A DNA stretch of 56,511 nucleotides, the filler included, from Sluysia triapertura (taxonomy: Eukaryota), in assembly GCA_046118255.1 (NCBI GenBank). It is 4 parts of 4 records of this genome, joined end to end, with 100 filler letters (N's around TTAATTAATTAA, not from the genome) between each part and the next. Parts side by side here need not be neighbours in the genome. Positions count along the whole stretch, not along the records: positions 44,745 to 56,511 come from JBJNIA010172477.1; 3 more parts are not named here. One strand, written 5' to 3'. The notes beneath the pieces were generated by a model. The model made no database searches. It was not told where the DNA came from and was given only the letters and a program-made list of their open reading frames with translations. Positions 52,450 to 56,511 of this stretch are shown piece by piece. Position numbers and translations under genes: made by a program. Numbering within the stretch: position 1 is the first letter of the stretch; every line of letters begins with the position of its first letter.

Positions 52450-53249
52450 TCAATAACTTTAATGGGCTCTTAATTCGTCTCCCGTTTGTTACAACTGCGA
52501 GTTTAACATCCTACTTTAGATTAAAAGAGTGTTAGGATCGTGTCATGTCACATGTTTATTTCGGTCATTTTTTCAGTTAAATGTGTTTTCATTAAAAATT
52601 TGGTGTTACGTGTGCCTACCAACTCCGTTTTTTGAATTAACCTTGAATTGTGTCAGTAAATTCAAATGAAGATTCTAGCACATTATTCAAGATCCCAAGA
52701 AATGCTTAATAATCACTTATTCCTGTGATCTGCAATTAACAAATAGCACAAGATGTAACACTTCATATTCATAAGTACTCTAACCAAAACACCTAGTGAT
52801 ACAACCATACTGTCACATCTGGATTAGTAATAGCTTTAGCTAATTTAGTTCGTCATATTTCATTATGTTGGCAATCTCTTGGACCATAGCTTGATAAACT
52901 TCACAAAGATCTCAATTCTAAGTTGTAATAAAAATCATATTAATTTCATACTTTTGATTCACTTCCTTTTTTAGTTTGATGAATCATGTATTCAGATTGG
53001 TTAAGACATTGATAATGTGTTTTGGTTAAGTATTTATTAAACTTTAGACAAAAATTTTTAAAAAAATTTATTTTATTTGCCATGATAATTGTAAGTGTCA
53101 ATTTCCATATTAATTCGTGTTCTACTCATTTATTCAGAAGGCACTTTATCCTCATTTTGATAAATTAAATTAAATTTATTTTGCTTCTTAAACTTATCTA
53201 ATTCGTAAATTAATTAAAGAGTGCGCCTTATACGGCGGAAATTATGGTA
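52450..53249 (+). mobile_element. Probable decayed pogo/Tigger-like (Tc1/mariner superfamily) DNA transposon, right end
   Basis: 53221-53249 reverse complement TACCATAATTTCCGCCGTATAAGGCGCAC resembles pogo-type TIRs with a TA end. Upstream broken frames (F*INLELCQ*, KCLIITYSC..QLT, ISLCWQSL) loosely follow DDE_1 motif order. Confidence 0.45.
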
Positions 53250-53688
53250 ATGATACAAGCAATTTTATGACAGTGATAATTAAAAATGTGTACCAGCAAG
53301 GTGACACGTAAATAAAACTGAAATGAATTAATTTGTAATAGAAAGAAAATGATATACTTTACAAATTAAGATAAAAAGCTTTTAAATAGACCACAAAACA
53401 TTTAATTTACTTTTATATCCACAGATGATTTACAAAGTTATCACATTTTGATTTATAAATCTTTAAGCAAAGTACCCTCAATAATGGAGCATAAATTTTA
53501 CGTAAGGTGAACGTCTTAAGAGAAGCGAAGATATTTCTTTTGGTGATACCATTAAATGCACATTGGTATCGTCATCATTATGATTAAATAAATAAATAAA
53601 AATAAAATTTTTAATCTTAACACAACTCTCATTTTCATATAAAAATACAAAAAAATTATTGCGTAAATTAATTAAGATAAGATTTTTT

Positions 53689-54162
53689 TCATTCCGATTC
53701 TGTTATGAGCATTTTAATCAAATCCGGATTTTTACATTCATTAGCACCGAGTCGTTTCATCTATAAATAAAAAATAAAATTTCAGTTCTTACTGTTCCAA
53801 TTTCATGTAAAGTTGGTATTTCACGTATTGCTGTCAAGGAATTTGTTTTAAATTCAGAATTAGCTTTTTTGTAACTAAGAAATGTTAATAAAGTAAAATG
53901 AAACTACGTGTCTCTATCTCCAACTATAACTTTTATAAAAACTGAATCCTCCGGGAATAATGACTTACATTTTTTTAAAACTGGTTCAGCTGAAATAATC
54001 TTAATAAAACACAATTTAAATACCTTCAATGCAGTCAATGCACCAACTTTGACCCGTCGCTTCATTTATAGAACCAGTATAGTAAGCAAAGATTCGTTTT
54101 CCTTTATGTTCAGTAACTTTTTCTTCCAATTCCTTTGTACTTGTTACAGTAAGTTCTATCAT
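53689..54162 (-). CDS. TXNDC17: Thioredoxin domain-containing protein 17 (TRP14), 124 aa; exons 54162-54024, 53989-53908, 53874-53793, 53760-53689
   Basis: Manual splice gives [92 protein letters not shown], colinear with human TXNDC17. Introns are 34, 33 and 32 nt, all GT-AG. Confidence 0.93.
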
Positions 54163-55440
54163 TTTATTTTATCAAAGTTATTTTAAAAAATTCCGTTTTT
54201 AGACTAAAGTTTAGATTTATATAATTAACGATCATATGACATAATATAAGACATGCTATATGTATTTTTTATTTTTTTATCGTATAATTTTTAAGTAAAA
54301 TGTCTTCAATATCCTTTAATTATAATATAATTATTAATTTTATTTAAAATATCTTTTTGAAGAAATAATCTGATAATTTTGGAATAGTTTTTAAAGTTTT
54401 TATAAAATTTTGAATGATTACCACTTCATAAAAACAATATAATTATAAAAAATATTTACTAATTATTGATATATTCTTTATATTAAATAAATTTATAAAT
54501 GCATTTTAATTTAATAAATAAATCAAGTGAAGTCATGTAGGTAAATATGATTGATATAAAACGTATGTAGAAAATAATTTTTAAAAATCCACAAACTAAA
54601 TTAAGAAAAATACGGTAGATTAATCAAAAAGTTTTTAGTACCATTAAAATTCAAAATACTTTAGACAACAAAATTTAAAATAAGGTTCTGTGATGCTTAT
54701 CCATGAAGTCCTCACTAACAAATTATAAATGCCACTTATAAACACGTTTAAGACAAATTAAATTGTTTAAGTATCGATTAACTTTAACATAGGTTGTGTA
54801 ATTAAATTTCAAATTACGCAACATTATGAACTGCAAATTCTATTGTAGTATGATTGTTATCTTCAAATAAGTTCAAGACTACTTTTAAAGTATTCAATGT
54901 ATGACATAAAAATATTCTCATGCGAAAAATGTACAATAAACTTTGATTTATGCTATAAAATTTATAATCTGCAAACTATATGCAATAACTTCCATAAACG
55001 CTATCATGTAAAAGTATATTCTTCTTTTTAGATTCAAAATAGAATGGAAATACCAAAATTAATGACAAATTTATAAAGGAAAAACAAAATATCAAATATA
55101 ACGGAAAATACACGGCAAAGTTAACCAAAAGTTAATTAAATCTCACTATTTGATTTTGTTAAAATTTAGTGAAAAACTTTAGATGTTATTAAACAGCCCA
55201 AGAAGAATTTTTAATTGATTTTATGTTCATCTAATTAGCCCCTTATAACATTGAAACTAACGAAAATTATGTGATATGGTAAAATAAGAACTTCATATTT
55301 GTAGTAACTCTTGTAATAACTGACTCTGAATTTAACGCATGAGTTCTTCAATAAACTGCTTAAGTGATGACAAAAATCAAATGATAATGAGTTTGTAGTT
55401 TTAATTGATCCTAATGTGTTTAGTTTTTTCTAAAATTGTG

Positions 55441-56333
55441 TACGATGTAATAAGAACTCTACCAGTTTATTGTCGCCAGACATTAATAATTTATATATTT
55501 TGATTTTATCTCCATCATTACCACTTCATGGCTTCAAATTAATTTAAGATGCAAATAAATTAAATAAATTTCCTAAATACAGATATTTCAAATAGCAAAA
55601 TAAGTTGTACACTCAAAGTTGACTTGATTATCCCATCTCATGTATACAAAATGCTAGATGACTTATATTTAGCTCCAGAATCTAAATGTCCACCAAATTC
55701 TAAAGTTCCAAGCAATTATTAACTCAAGAACCTAAATTTAATTATATAGTGCATTGGTGTATCCTACAAATATATATGTACAAATTCATTATACATTTGA
55801 TTATATTGATTATAATTCAAGCAATAACAAAATTACATAACAATTTTTAAAGTTTAAAAACAATTCTCTTTGTGACAAGACAGCAGATAATATAATATAA
55901 AATAATATAAAATTTTGTTGCACTGCTAAAATTTAATTACGTACACAAATAAAGACAATTTTAAAAATTCAGTTTAAGTTACTATCGATTTGATTGCAGT
56001 TTTACTGGGAAAAGAAGTAGTGTGCTTAGCTAGACTAAATTATGCAGAACAAACTCTTATATATTTAAGAAAATTAAGAATATATCAATTATAATATGAA
56101 GAATTAGAAATATGAAGAATTAGAAATTACAATTAGAATTTAATTGTTAGATTGAAATTATGGTTGGTGATACTGACAGTTTCTTTTTAAAATTCACAAA
56201 TGTTAATTTAGATACTTTATTAAATAAAATGATTAAAGATGAATTATTGGATTCGTCAAATCATGATACAAACCATCCAATAAATAATACCAAATTTCAA
56301 GATACAATAGGTAAATTTAAAGAAGTAAGGTAA
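55441..56333 (+). mobile_element. Decayed Polinton/Maverick protein-primed family B DNA polymerase
   Basis: Motifs in the correct order through stops and frameshifts: DINNLY..S.SLP.HGFK (A), KVDL..P...DD..LAPE, YIVHW..L, YIDYN, FLKFKNNSLCDKT.DN (B), DLIAV..K..V.L.R.NY..Q.L..L.KL.IY, GDTDSF (C), DSSN...HP.......IGKFKE. Confidence 0.85.
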
Positions 56334-56432
56334 AATATATTGAATTGCTATGCATTTTCCAACTCTGAATTTACTATCCGATTTATATCTGGACGAAGAA
56401 TATAGAATATTCTTATAGAAGCATATAAGAAT

Positions 56433-56436
<4 letters not shown>

Positions 56437-56469
<33 letters not shown>

Positions 56470-56511
56470 TATTAATTTATATGGCGCTCATATCTACCGC
56501 GAAAGTACTCA
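56437..56511 (-). mobile_element. 3' end of another L2-like LINE copy with (ATT)n tail, running off the window
   Basis: Reverse complement tgagtactttcgcggtagatatgagcgccatataaattaatat(att)n matches the 3' end of the 11660-12290 copy. Confidence 0.7.

Noticed and set aside
53908-54186. Plus-strand 92-aa ORF
   Set aside because: Antisense shadow of TXNDC17.

Overview
AT-rich animal genomic DNA in four blocks (1-15157, 15258-32040, 32141-44644, 44745-56511). The blocks are joined by artificial 100-bp spacers (44 N + TTAATTAATTAA + 44 N). Recognisable spliced or intact genes are ZC3H14/Nab2, the 3' half of CFAP43, a DRC12/CCDC153-like gene, a CCDC102-like gene and TXNDC17, which the ORF track misses. 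Many introns are only 31-35 nt, as in compact invertebrate genomes such as orthonectids or flatworms; the taxon is an inference. Decayed mobile DNA includes three L2/CR1-group LINE pieces, a Polinton/Maverick protein-primed PolB remnant, a probable pogo-like remnant, and three tRNA-Ala-derived units bracketed by TGTTAG(AC)...(GT)CTAAC(A). The most unusual signal is a family of at least four intronless 'patchwork' loci. Each carries degenerate fragments of unrelated conserved host proteins (phosphorylase kinase gamma, HSP70, SRSF1-type RRM, NF-YC plus a TPR co-chaperone domain) in AT-rich linker. Each also has a sense-strand 3' hairpin with an invariant CTTAA loop and a covarying stem. This may be an undescribed gene-fragment-capturing element. 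All homology calls come from recalled motifs, not database searches.
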